From NCBI RefSeq assembly GCF_009914755.1, contig NC_060946.1: a stretch of DNA of 64,000 nt, one strand, 5' to 3'. Every line of letters begins with the position of its first letter. Position 1 is the stretch's first letter. A program made the translations under genes and the position numbers. The notes under the pieces were generated by a model. The model made no database searches. It was not told the DNA's origin and saw only the letters and a list, made by a program, of their open reading frames with translations. This DNA comes from the human T2T-CHM13v2.0 reference genome, Homo sapiens. Below, piece after piece: positions 40,601 to 54,795 of the stretch.

Positions 40601-43600
40601 TTATGTGAAGATACTTCCTTTGTCACCATTGGCCTCAAAGCACTCCTAATATCCATTTACAGATGTCACAGAAAGAGTGTTTCCAAACTGCTCAATCAAA
40701 AGAAAGTGTTTAACTCTGTGAGGTGAAAGCACACATCTCAAAGAAGTTTCTCCGAAAGCTTCGGTCTAGTTTTCATGTGATGATATTTCCAGTCTCACCA
40801 TAGGCCTCAAAGGGCTAAGAAATATCCCTTTCCAGATTCTAAAAGACCACCATTTCCATACTTCTCAATCAAAAGAAAGGTTACATTCTGTGAGGTTAAT
40901 GCACACATCAGAATGAAGTTTCTCAGAATTCTCCTGTCTAGTTTTCATGGGAAGATATTTACTATTTCACTATAGGCTTCAAATGTCTCAAAAATATCCC
41001 TTTGCAGATTCTACACAAATATGCTTTCCAAAGTGCTGAATTAAAAGAAACCTTCAACTCTGTCAGATGAATGGAGGCATCACAACGAAGTTCCTCAGAA
41101 TGCTTCTGTCTAGTTGAAATGTGAAGACATTTCTTTTTCACCATAGACCTCAAAGGGCTCAGAATTAGACCTTTGCAGATTGCAGAGAAAGACTGTGTCT
41201 AAACTGCTCAAATAAAATAAAGTTTCAACACGGTGAGATGAATGCACACATCACAAAGAAGTTCCTCAGAAAGCTTCTGTCTGGTTTTTATGTGAAGATA
41301 TTTCCTTTTTCACCATAGGCCTTACACCGCTCACAAATATCCTTCTGCAGATACTATAAAAAGACTGTTTCCAAACTGCTCCATCAAAAGTAAATTTCAC
41401 CTATCTGAGATGAATGCACACATCATACAGAAGTTCCTCAGAATTCTTCTGTCTAGTTTTTATGGGAAGGTGTTTCCATTTTCAACTTAGGCCACAAAGC
41501 GCCCCAAACATCCAATTGCAGATGATACGAAAATACTGTTTCCAAACTGCTCAATCAAAAGAAATTTTCAACTCTGTGAGATGAAAGCACACATCACAAA
41601 AAAGTTTCTCAGAAATCTTCTGTCTCGCTTTTATCTCAAGATAATTCCTATTTTGCCATAGGAATCAAGGGGCTCACATATATCCCTTTGCAGATTCTAC
41701 AAAAGTTCTCCTTACAAACTTCTCAATCAAAAGAAACGTTCAACATTGTGAGATGAATGAACACATCCCAAAGACGTTTCTCAGGTTGCTTCTGTCTGGT
41801 TGCTATGTGAAGATGTTTCCTTTTTCACCAAAGTCTTTAAGCCACTCAAAAATATCTGTCTGCAGACTCTACCAAAAGACTGTTTCCAAACTGGCCCCTA
41901 TGGCATGTTTCAACTATGTGAAATGAATGCACTCATCAAAAAGAAGTTTCTCAGGAGTCTCCTGTCTACTTTTTATGTGAAGATATTTCCTTTTTCACCG
42001 TAGGCCACAAATTGCTCCAAATATCCATTTGCAGATTCTACAAAAAGAATGTTCCCAAACTGGTCAATCAAAAGAAAGGCGCAACTCTGTGAGACGAAAG
42101 CACACATCACAAAGAAGTTTCTCGGAAAGCCTCTGTCTGCATTTTATGTGAAGGTATTTCCTTTGGCACCATAGGCCTTAAACCGCTCGCAAATATGACT
42201 CCACTTATACTACCAAGAGACTTTCTCCAAATTGCTAAATCAAAAGAAAGGTTCAACTCTGTGAGATGAATACACACATCAAAAAGAAGTTTCTCAAAAT
42301 GCTTCTGTCTAGTTTTCATGGGAAGATATTTATTTTTCACCGTTGGCCCCAAACCGCTCAGAAATATCCCTTTGCAGTTTGTAGAAAAAGACTGCTTCCA
42401 AACTGCTCAATGAAAGGAAATGGTCAACTATTAGAGATGAATGGAAATGTCACAAAGAGTTTTCTCAAAAAGCTACTGTGTCGTTTTTATGTGAAGATAT
42501 TGCCTTTGGCACCCTAGGCCTTAAAACTCTCTAAATACACATTCACAGATTCTACAAAAAGACTGATTCCAAACTGCTCAATCAGAAGAAGGGTTCAATT
42601 CCGTGTGACAAACGTGCACATCACCAAGGAATTTGTCAGAAAGCTTCTGTCTACTTTTTATGTGAAGTTATTTCATATTTCAACAAAGGCCATAAAGGGC
42701 TCACAAATATCCCTTCGCAGATTCTAAGAAAAGACGTTTTCCAAACTCCTCAATCAAAAGAAAGCTTTAACTCTGTGAGATGAATGGACACATCACTAAG
42801 AAGTTTCTCAGAAAGCTTCTGTCTAGTTTTTCTGTGAAGATATTTCTTTTTCACCATAGGCCTCAAGCAGCTAAGAAATTTCCCTCTGCAGCTTCTACCA
42901 AAGACTGTTTCCAAACTGCTCACCTGAAAAAAAGGTTGAATTCTGTGACATGAATTCACACATCACAAAGAGGTTTTTCAGAAATCTTCTGTCTGGTTTT
43001 TAGGTGAAGATACTTCCTTTTTCACCACGGGCCTCAAATATCTCCAAATATCCATTTGCAGATTCTACAGAAAGACGTTGCAAACTGCTCAATCAAAAGA
43101 AAGGTTTAACAGTGTGAGATGAAGGGACACATCACCAAGAAGTTTCTCAGAAACCTTCTGTCTAGTTTTTAGGTGAAGATACTTCGTATTTCACCACAGG
43201 CCATAAAGGGCTCACAAATATCCCTCTGCAGGTTCTACAAAAAGACTGTTTCCCAACTGCCCAATCAAAGGAGAGGTTCAACTCTGTGACGTAAATGGAC
43301 ACATCACAAAAAATTTCTTGGAATGCTTCCGTCTAGTTCTTATGGGAAGATATTTTTCTTTCACCGTAAGCCTCAAACGGATCAGAATTCTCCCTTTGCA
43401 GATTGTACAATAAGCCTCTTTCCAATCTGCTCAATCAAAAGAAAGTTTCCACTCGGTGAGGTGAATGCGCACATCGCAAGGGAGTTTCTCAGAAAGCTTC
43501 TGTTTAGTTTTTACGTGAAGGTATTTCGTTTTTCACCACGGGCCTCAAAAGCTCTCCAAATATCCATTTGCAGATTCTAGAAAAAGAGTGTTTCCAAACT

Positions 43601-46600
43601 CCTCAATCAAAGGATAGTTTCACTTCTGTGAGAGGAAAGCAGACATCACAACGAAGTTTCTTAGAAAGCGTCTGTCTAGTTTTTATGTGAAGATACTTCA
43701 CATTGCATCACAGTACTCAATGGGCTCAGAAATATCCCCTTGCAGATCCTAGAAAAGGACTGTTTCAAAACTGCTCAATCCAAAGAAAGTTTCAACTATG
43801 TGAGACGAATGCACACGTCACGAAGACGTTCCTCAGAATGCTTCTGTCTAGTTTACATGTGAAGAAGATTCCTATTTCACCATAGGCAATAAAGGGCTCA
43901 CAAATGTTTTTTGCAGATTCTCCAAAAAGACTGTATCCAAACTGCTCAATAAAAGGAAAGTTTTAACTCTGTTACATTAATGGACACATCAAAAAGTAGT
44001 TTCTCAGGAAACTTCTGTATAGTTTTTATGTGAAGATACTTCCTTTGTCACCATTGGCCTCAAAGCACTCCTAATATCCATTTACAGATGTCACAGAAAG
44101 AGTGTTTCCAAACTGCTCAATCAAAAGAAAGTGTTTAACTCTGTGAGGTGAAAGCACACATCTCAAAGAAGTTTCTCCGAAAGCTTCGGTCTAGTTTTCA
44201 TGTGATGATATTTCCAGTCTCACCATAGGCCTCAAAGGGCTAAGAAATATCCCTTTCCAGATTCTAAAAGACCACCATTTCCATACTTCTCAATCAAAAG
44301 AAAGGTTACATTCTGTGAGGTTAATGCACACATCAGAATGAAGTTTCTCAGAATTCTCCTGTCTAGTTTTCATGGGAAGATATTTACTATTTCACTATAG
44401 GCTTCAAATGTCTCAAAAATATCCCTTTGCAGATTCTACACAAATATGCTTTCCAAAGTGCTGAATTAAAAGAAACCTTCAACTCTGTCAGATGAATGGA
44501 GGCATCACAACGAAGTTCCTCAGAATGCTTCTGTCTAGTTGAAATGTGAAGACATTTCTTTTTCACCATAGACCTCAAAGGGCTCAGAATTAGACCTTTG
44601 CAGATTGCAGAGAAAGACTGTGTCTAAACTGCTCAAATAAAATAAAGTTTCAACACGGTGAGATGAATGCACACATCACAAAGAAGTTCCTCAGAAAGCT
44701 TCTGTCTGGTTTTTATGTGAAGATATTTCCTTTTTCACCATAGGCCTTACACCGCTCACAAATATCCTTCTGCAGATACTATAAAAAGACTGTTTCCAAA
44801 CTGCTCCATCAAAAGTAAATTTCACCTATCTGAGATGAATGCACACATCATACAGAAGTTCCTCAGAATTCTTCTGTCTAGTTTTTATGGGAAGGTGTTT
44901 CCATTTTCAACTTAGGCCACAAAGCGCCCCAAACATCCAATTGCAGATGATACGAAAATACTGTTTCCAAACTGCTCAATGAAAAGAAATTTTCAACTCT
45001 GTGAGATGAAAGCACACATCACAAAAAAGTTTCTCAGAAATCTTCTGTCTCGCTTTTATCTCAAGATAATTCCTATTTTGCCATAGGAATCAAGGGGCTC
45101 ACATATATCCCTTTGCAGATTCTACAAAAGTTCTCCTTACAAACTTCTCAATCAAAAGAAACGTTCAACATTGTGAGATGAATGAACACATCCCAAAGAC
45201 GTTTCTCAGGTTGCTTCTGTCTGGTTGCTATGTGAAGATGTTTCCTTTTTCACCATAGTCTTTAAGCCACTCAAAAATATCTGTCTGCAGACTCTACCAA
45301 AAGACTGTTTCCAAACTGGCCCCTATGGCATGTTTCAACTATGTGAAATGAATGCACTCATCAAAAAGAAGTTTCTCAGGAGTCTCCTGTCTAGTTTTTA
45401 TGTGAAGATATTTCCTTTTTCACCGTAGGCCACAAATTGCTCCAAATATCCATTTGCAGATTCTACAAAAAGAATGTTCCCAAACTGGTCAATCAAAAGA
45501 AAGGCGCAACTCTGTGAGACGAAAGCACACATCACAAAGAAGTTTCTCGGAAAGCCTCTGTCTGCATTTTATGTGAAGGTATTTCCTTTGGCACCATAGG
45601 CCTTAAACCGCTCGCAAATATGACTCCACTTATACTACCAAGAGACTTTCTCCAAATTGCTAAATCAAAAGAAAGTTTCAACTCTGTGAGATGAATACAC
45701 ACATCAAAAAGAAGTTTCTCAAAATGCTTCTGTCTAGTTTTCATGGGAACATATTTATTTTTCACCGTTGGCCCCAAACCACTCAGAAATATCCCTTTGC
45801 AGTTTGTAGAAAAAGACTGCTTCCAAACTGCTCAATGAAAGGAAATGCTCAACTATTAGAGATGAATGGAAATGTCACAAAGAGTTTTCTCAAAAAGCTA
45901 CTGTGTCGTTTTTATGTGAAGATATTGCCTTTGGCACCCTAGGCCTTAAAACTCTCTAAATACACATTCACAGATTCTACAAAAAGACTGATTCCAAGCT
46001 GCTCAATCAGAAGAAGGGTTCAATTCCGTGTGACAAACGTGCACATCACCAAGGAATTTGTCAGAAAGCTTCTGTCTACTTTTTATGTGAAGATATTTCA
46101 TATTTCCACAAAGGCCATAAAGGGCTCACAAATATCCCTTCGCAGATTCTAAGAAAAGACGTTTGCCAAACTCCTCAATCAAAAGAAAGGTTTAACTCTG
46201 TGAGATGAATGGACACATCACTAAGAAGTTTCTCAGAAAGCTTCTGTCTAGTTTTTCTGTGAAGATATTTCTTTTCCACAATAGGCCTCAAGCAGCTAAG
46301 AAATTTCCCTCTGCAGCTTCTACCAAAGACGGTTTCCAAACTGCTCACCTGAAAGAAAGGTTGAATTCTGTGACATGAATTCACACATCACAAAGAGGTT
46401 TTTCAGAAATCTTCTGTCTTGTTTTTAGGTGAAGATACTTCCTTTTTCACCACGGGCCTCAAATATCTCCAAATATCCATTTGCAGATTCTACAGAAAGA
46501 CGTTGCAAACTGCTCAATCAAAAGAAAGGTTTAACACTGTGAGATGAAGGCACACATCACCAAGAAGTTTCTCAGAAACCTTCTGTCTAGTTTTTAAGTG

Positions 46601-47946
46601 AAGATACTTCGTATTTCACCACAGGCCATAAAGGGCTCACAAATATCCCTCTGCATGTTCTACAAAAAGACTGTTTCCAAACTGCCCAATCAAAGGAGAG
46701 GTTCAACTCTGTGACGTAAATGGACACATCACAAAAAATTTCTTGGAATGCTTCCGTCTAGTTCTTATGGGAAGATATTTCTCTTTCTCCGTAAGCCACA
46801 AACGGATCAGAATTCTCCCTTTGCAGATTGTACAATAAGCCTCTTTCCAATCTGCTCAATCAAAAGAAAGTTTCCACTCTGTGAGGTGAATGCACACATC
46901 ACAAGGGAGTTTCTCAGAAAGCTTCTGTTTAGTTTTTACGTGAAGATATTTCGTTTTTCACCACGGGCCTCAAAAGCTCTCCAAATATCCATTTGCAGAT
47001 TCTAGAAAAAGAGTGTTTCCAAACTCCTCAATCAAAGGATAATTTCAATTCTGTGAGAGGAAAGCAGACATCACAACGAAGTTTCTTAGAAAGCGTCTGT
47101 CTAGTTTTTATGTGAAGATACTTCACATTGCATCACAGTACTCAATGGGCTCAGAAACATCCCCTTGCAGATCCTAGAAAAGGACTCTTTCAAAACTGCT
47201 CAATCCAAAGAAAGTTTCAACTATGTCGGACGAATGCACACGTCACGAAGACGTTCCTCAGAATGCTTCTGTCTAGTTTACATGTGAAGAAGATTCCTAT
47301 TTCACCATAGGCAATAAAGGGCTCACAAATGTTTTTTGCAGATTCTCCAAAAAGACTGTATCCAAACTGCTCAATAAAAAGAAAGTTTTAACTCTGTTAG
47401 ATTAATGGACACATCAAAAAGTAGTTTCTCAGGAAACTTCTGTGTAGTTTTTATGTGAAGATACTTCCTTTGTCACCATTGGCCTCAAAGCACTCCTAAT
47501 ATCCATTTACAGATGTCACAGAAAGAGTGTTTCCAAACTGCTCAATCAAAAGAAAGTGTTTAACTCTGTGAGGTGAAAGCACACATCTCAAAGAAGTTTC
47601 TCCGAAAGCTTCGGTCTAGTTTTCATGTGATGATATTTCCAGTCTCACCATAGGCCTCAAAGGGCTAAGAAATATCCCTTTCCAGATTCTAAAAGACCAC
47701 CATTTCCATACTTCTCAATCAAAAGAAAGGTTACATTCTGTGAGGTTAATGCACACATCAGAATGAAGTTTCTCAGAATTCTCCTGTCTAGTTTTCACGT
47801 GAAGATATTTACTATTTCACTATAGGCTTCAAATGTCTCAAAAATATCCCTTTGCAGATTCTACAAAAATATGCTTTCCAAAGTGCTGAATTAAAAGAAA
47901 CCTTCAACTCTGTCAGGTGAATGGAGGCATCAAAACGAAGTTCCTC
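37672..47946 (-). repeat. HOR copies 12-14 (starts 37672, 41097, 44522), haplotype 'C'
   Basis: Shared markers: GGAGGCATCA, GACTGTGTCTAAA, CATACAGAAG, CTACCAAAAG, TCTGCATTTT, GATATTGCCTTTGGCACC, CAAGGAATTTG, GACGTTGCAAAC, GAGAGGAAAGCAGAC and CTCAGGAAAC. Confidence 0.85.
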
Positions 47947-50900
47947 AGAATGCTTCTGTCTAGTTGAAATGTGAAGACATTTCTTTTTCACCATAGACCT
48001 CAAAGGGCTCAGAATTAGACCTTTGCAGATTGCAGAGAAAGACTGTGTCTAAACTGCTCAAATAAAATAAAGTTTCAACACGGTGAGATGAATGCACACA
48101 TCACAAAGAAGTTCCTCAGAAAGCTTCTGTCTGGTTTTTATGTGAAGATATTTCCTTTTTCACCATAGGCCTTACACCGCTCACAAATATCCTTCTGCAG
48201 ATACTAGAAAAAGACTGTTTCCAAACTGCTCCATCAAAAGAAAATTTCACCTATCTGAGATGAATGCACACATCATACAGAAGTTCCGCAGAATTCTTCT
48301 GTCTAGTTTTTATGTGAAGGTGTTTCCATTTTCACCTTAGGCCACAAATCGCCCCAAACATCCATTTGCAGATGATACGAAAAGACGGTTTCCAAACTGC
48401 TCAATCAAAAGAAATTTTCAACTCTGTGAGATGAAAGCACACATCACAAAAAAGTTTCTCAGAAATCTTCTGACTCGCTTTTATCTCAAGATAATTCCTA
48501 TTTTGCCATAGGAATCAAGGGGCTCACATATATCCCTTTGCAGATTCTACAAAAGTTCTCCTTACAAACTTCTCAATCAAAAGAAACGTTCAACATTGTG
48601 AGATGAATGAACACATCCCAAAGACGTTTCTCAGGTTGCTTCTGTCTGTTTGCTATGTGAAGATGTTTCCTTTTTCACCATAGTCTTTAAGCCACTCAAA
48701 AATATCTGTCTGCAGACTCTACCAAAAGACTGTTTCCAAAGTGGTCCCTATGGCATGTTTCAACTACGTGAAATGAATGCACTCATCAAAAAGAAGTTTC
48801 TCAGGAGTCTCCTGTCTAGTATTTATGTAAAGATATTTCCTTTTTCACCGTAGGCCACAAATTGCTCCAAATATCCATTTGCAGATTCTACAAAAAGAAT
48901 GGTCCCAAACTGGTCAATCAAAAGAAAGGCGCAACTCTGTGAGACGAAAGCACACATCACAAAGAAGTTTCTCGGAAAGCCTCTGTCTGCATTTTATGTG
49001 AAGGTATTTCCTTTGGCACCATAGGCCTTAAACCGCTCGCAAATATGACTCCACTTATACTACCAAGAGACTTTCTCCAAATTGCTAAATCAAAAGAAAG
49101 GTTCAACTCTGTGAGATGAATACACACATCAAAAAGAAGTTTCTCAAAGTGCTTCTGTCTAGTTTTCATGGGAAGATATTTATTTTTCACCGTTGGCCCC
49201 AAACCGCTCAGAAATATCCCTTTGCAGTTTGTAGAAAAAGACTGCTTCCAAACTGCTCAATGAAAGGAAATGGTCAACTATTAGAGATGAATGGAAATGT
49301 CACAAAGAGTTTTCTCTAAAAGCTACTGTGTCGTTTTTATGTGAAGATATTGCCTTTGGCACCCTAGGCCTTAAAACTCTCTAAATACACATTCACAGAT
49401 TCTACAAAAAGACTGATTCCAAACTGCTCAATCAGAAGAAGGGTTCAATTCCGTGTGACAAACGTGCACATCACCAAGGAATTTGTCAGAAAGCTTCTGT
49501 CTACTTTTTATGTGAAGATATTTCATATTTCAACAAAGGCCATAAAGGGCTCACAAATATCCCTTCGCAGATTCTAAGAAAAGACGTTTTCCAAACTCCT
49601 CAATCAAAAGAAAGGTTTAACTCTGTGAGATGAATGGACACATCACGAAGAAGTTTCTCAGAAAGCTTCTGTCTAGTTTTTCTGTGAAGATATTTCTTTT
49701 TCACCATAGGCCTCAAGCAGCTAAGAAATTGCCCTCTGCAGCTTCTACCAAAGACTGTTTCCAAACTGCTCACCTGAAAGAAAGGTTGAATTCTGTGACA
49801 TGAATTCACACATCACAAAGAGGTTTTTCAGAAATCTTCTGTCTGGTTTTTAGGTGAAGATACTTCCTTTTTCACCACGGGCCTCAAATATCTCCAAATA
49901 TCCATTTACAGATTCTACAGAAAGACTTTGCAAACTGCTCAATCAAAAGAAAGGTTCAACACTGTGAGATGAAGGCACACATCACCAAGAAGTTTCTCAG
50001 AAACCTTCTGTCTAGTTTTTAGGTGAAGATACTTCGTACTTCACCACAGGCCATAAAGGCTCACAAATATCCCTCTGCAGGTTCTACAAAAAGACTGTTT
50101 CCAAACTGCCCAATCAAAGGAGAGGTTCAACTCTGTGACGTAAATGGACACATCACAAAAAATTTCTTGGAATGCTTCCGTCTAGTTCTTATGGGAAGAT
50201 ATTTCTCTTTCACCAGAAGCCTCAAACGGATCAGAATTCTCCCTTTGCAGATTGTAAAATAAGCCTCTTTCCAATCTGCTCAATCAAAAGAAAGTTTCCA
50301 CTCGGTGAGGTGAATGCACACATCGCAAGGGAGTTTCTCAGAAAGCTTCTGTTTAGTTTTTACGTGAAGATATTTCGTTTTTCACCACGGGCCTCAAAAG
50401 CTCTAAAAATTTCCATTTGCAGACTCTAGAAAAAGAGTGTTTCCAAACTCCGCAATCAAAGGATAGTTTCAATTCTGTGAGACGAAAGCCCACATCACAA
50501 CGAAGTTTCTTAGAAAGCGTCTGTCTAGTTTTTATGTGAAGATACTTCACATTGCATCACAGTACTCAATGGGCTCAGAAATATCCCCTTGCAGATCCTA
50601 CAAAAGGACTGTTTCAGAACTGCTGAATCCAAAGAAAGCTTCAACTATGTGAGACGAATGCACACGTCACGAAGAAGTTCCTCAGAATGCTTCTGTCCAG
50701 TTTACATGTGAAGAAGATTCCTATTTCACCATAGGCAATAAAGGGCTCACAAATGTTTTTTGCAGATTCTCCAAAAAGACTGTATCCAAACTGCTCAATA
50801 AAAAGAAAGTTTTAACCCTGTTCGATTAGTGGACACATCAAAAATTAGTTTCTCAGAAAACTTCTGTGTAGTTATTATGTGAAGATACTTCCTTTGTCAC

Positions 50901-51370
50901 CATTGGCCCCAAAGCACTCCTAATATCCATTTACAGATGTCACAGAAAGAGTGTTTCCAAACTGCTCAATCAAAAGAAAGTGTTTAACTCTGTGAGGTGA
51001 AAGCACCCATCTCAAAGAAGTTTCTCCGAAAGCTTCGGTCTAGTTTTCATGTGATGATATTTCCAGTCTCACCATAGGCCTCAAAGGGCTAAGAAATATC
51101 CCTTTCCAGATTCTAAAAGACCACCATTTCCATACTTCTCAATCAAAAGAAAGGTTAAATTCTGTGAGGTTAATGCACACATCAGAATGAAGTTTCTCAG
51201 AATTCTCCTGTCTAGTTTTCATGTGAAGATATTTACTATTTCACTATAGGCTTCAAATGTCTCAAAAATATCCCTTTGCAGATTCTACAAAAATATGCTT
51301 TCCAAAGTGCTGAATTAAAAGAAACCTTCAACTCTGTCAGATGAATGGAGACATCACAAAGAAGTTCCTC
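47947..51370 (-). repeat. HOR copy 15 (3424 bp), chimeric C-to-B copy
   Basis: C markers run to ~49480 (CAAGGAATTTG). There is a 1-bp deletion near 50058 (ATAAAGGCTCAC). B markers appear from ~50210-50400. Confidence 0.8.
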
Positions 51371-54300
51371 AGAATGCTTCTGTCTAGTTGAAATGTGAAG
51401 ACATTTCTTTTTCACCATAGACCTCAAAGGGCTCAGAATTAGACCTTTGCAGATTGCAGAGAAAGACTGTCTCTAAACTGCTCAAATAAAATAAAGTTTC
51501 AACACGGTGAGATGAATGCACACATCACAAAGAAGTTCCTCAGAAAGCTTCTGTCTGGTTTTTATGTGAAGATATTTCCTTTTTCACCATAGGCCTTACA
51601 CCGCTCACAAATATCCTTCTGCAGATACTATAAAAAGACGGTTTCCAAACTGCTCCATCAAAAGAAAATTTCACCTATCTGAGATGAATGCACACATCAT
51701 AAAGAAGTTCCTCAGAATTCTTCTGTCTAGTTTTTATGTGAAGGTGTTTCCATTTTCACCTTAGGCCACAAAGCGCCCCAAACATCCATTTGCAGATGAT
51801 ACGAAAAGACTGTTTCCACACTGCTCAATCAAAAGAAATTTTCAACTCTGTGAGATGAAAGCACACATCACAAAAAAGTTTCTCAGAAATATTCTGTCTC
51901 GCTTTTATCTCAAGATAATTCCTATTTTGCCATAGGAATCAAGGGGCTCACATATATCCCTTTGCAGATGCTACAAAAGTTCTCCTTACAAACTTCTCAA
52001 TCAAAAGAAACGTTCAACATTGTGAGATGAATGAACACATCCCAAAGACGTTTCTCAGGTTGCTTCTGTCTGGTTGCTATGTGAAGATGTTTCCTTTTTC
52101 ACCATAGTATTTAAGCCACTCAAAAATATCTGTCTGCAGACTCTACAAAAAGACTGTTTCCAAACTGGCCAATATGGCATGTTTCAACTATGTGAAATGA
52201 ATGCACTCATCAAAAAGAAGTTTCTCAGGAGTCTCCTGTCTAGTTTTTATGTGAAGATATTTCCTTTTTCACCGTAGGCCACAAATTGCTCCAAATATCC
52301 ATTTGCAGATTCTACAAAAAGAATGTTCCCAAACTGGTCAATCAACAGAAAGGCGCAACTCTGTGAGACGAAAGCACACATCACAAAGAAGTTTCTCGGA
52401 AAGCCTCTGTCTACATTTTATGTGAAGGTATTTCCTTTGGCACCATAGGCCTTAAACCGCTCGCAAATATGACTCCACTTATACTACCAAGAGACTTTCT
52501 CCAAATTGCTAAATCAAAAGAAAGTTTCAACCCTGTGGGATGAATACACACATCAAAAAGAAGTTTCTCAAAATGCTTCTGTCTAGTTTTCATGGGAAGA
52601 CATTTATTTTTCACCGATGGCCCAAAACCGCTCAGAAATATCCCTTTGCAGTTAGTAGAAAAAGACTGCTTCCAAACTGCTCAATGAAAGGAAATGGTCA
52701 ACTATTAGAGATGAATGGAAATGTCGCAAAGAGTTTTCTCAAAAAGCTACTGTGTCATTTTTATGTGAAGACATTGCCTTTTGCACCCTAGGCCTTACAA
52801 CTCTCTAAATACACATTCACAGATTCTACAAAAAGACTGATTCCAAACTGCTCAATCAGAAGAAGGGTTCAATTCCGTGTGACAAACGTGCACATCACCA
52901 AGAAATTTGTCAGAAAGCTTCTGTCTACTTTTTATGTGAAGATAATTCATATTTCAACAAAGGCCATAAAGGGCTCACAAATAACCCTTCGCAGATTCTA
53001 AGAAAAGACGTTTTCCAAACTCCTCAATCAAAAGAAAGTTTTAACTCTGTGAGATGAATGGACACATCACGAAGAAGTTTCTCAGAAAGCTTCTGTCTAG
53101 TTTTTCTGTGAAGATATTTCTTTTTCACCATAGGCCTCAAGCAGCTAAGAAATTTCCCCCTGCAGCTTCTACCAAAGACAGTTTCCAAACTGCTCACCTG
53201 AAAGGAAGGTTGAATTCTGTGACATGAATTCACACATCACAAAGAGGTTTTTCAGAAATCTTCTGTCTGGTTTTAAGGTGAAGATACTTCCTTTTTCACC
53301 ACGGGCCTCAAATATCTCCAAATATCCATTTGCAGATTCTACAGAAAGACTTTGCAAACTGCTCAATCAAAAGAAAGGTTCAACACTGTGAGATGAAGGC
53401 ACACATCACCAAGAAGTTTCTCAGAAACCTTCTGTCTAGATTTTAGGTGAAGATACTTCATATTTCACCACAGGCCATAAAGGGCTCACAAATATCCCTC
53501 TGCAGGTTCTACAAAAAGACTGTTTCCAAACTGCCCAATCAAAGGAGAGGTTCAACTCTGTGACGTAAATGGACACATCACAAAAAACTTCTTGGAATGC
53601 TTCCGTCTAGTTCTTATGGGAAGATATTTCTCTTTCACCAGAAGCCTCAAACGGATCAGAATTCTCCCTTTGCAGATTGTACAATAAGCCTCTTTCCAAT
53701 CTGCTCAATCAAAAGAAAGTTTCCACTCGGTGAGGTGAATGCACACATCGCAAGGGAGTTTCTCAGAAAGCTTCTGTTTAGTTTTTACGTGAAGATATTT
53801 CGTTTTTCACCACGGGCCTCAAAAGCTCTCCAAATATCCATTTGCAGACACTAGAAAAAGAGTGTTTCCAAACTCCTCAATCAAAGGATAGTTTCAATTC
53901 TGTGAGACGAAAGCACACATCACAACGAAGTTTCTTAGAAAGCGTCTGTCTAGTTTTTATGTGAAGATACTTCACATTGCATCACAGTACTCAATGGGCT
54001 CAGAAATATCCCCTTGCAGATCCTACAAAACGACTGTTTCAAAACTGCTCAATCCAAAGAAAGCTTCAACTATGTGAGACGAATGCACACGTCACGAAGA
54101 CGTTCCTCAGAATGCTTCTGTCTAGTTTACATGTGAAGAAGATTCGTATTTCAACATAGGCAATAAAGGGCTCACAAATGTTTTTTGCAGATTCTCCAAA
54201 AAGACTGTATCCAAACTGCTCAATAAAAAGAAAGTTTTAACTCTGTTCGATTAATGGACACATCAAAAAGTAGTTTCTCAGAAAACTTCTGTGTAGTTTT

Positions 54301-54795
54301 TATGTGAAGATACTTCCTTTGTCACCATTGGCCTCAAAGCACTCCTAATATCCATTTACAGATGTCACAGAAAGAGTGTTTCCAAACTGCTCAATCAAAA
54401 GAAAGTGTTTAACTCTGTGAGGTGAAAGCACACATCTCAAAGAAGTTTCTCCGAAAGCTTCGGTCTAGTTTTCATGTGATGATATTTCCAGTCTCACCAT
54501 AGGCCTCAAAGGGCTAAGAAATATCCCTTTCCAGATTCTAAAAGACCACCATTTCCATACTTCTCAATCAAAAGAAAGGTTAAATTCTGTGAGGTTAATG
54601 CACACATCAGAATGAAGTTTCTCAGAACTCTCCTGTCTAGTTTTCATGGGAAGATATTTACTATTTCACTATAGGCTTCAAATGTCTCAAAAATATCCCT
54701 TTGCAGATTCTACAAAAATATGCTTTCCAAAGTGCTGAATTAAAAGAAACCTTCAACTCTGTCAGATGAATGGAGACATCACAAAGAAGTTCCTC
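51371..54795 (-). repeat. HOR copy 16, haplotype 'B' (sister of copy 8)
   Basis: Carries the same rare SNPs as copy 8 at an offset of 27397 bp. The ORF variants at 52411/25014 and 53169/25772 are nearly identical. Confidence 0.85.
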
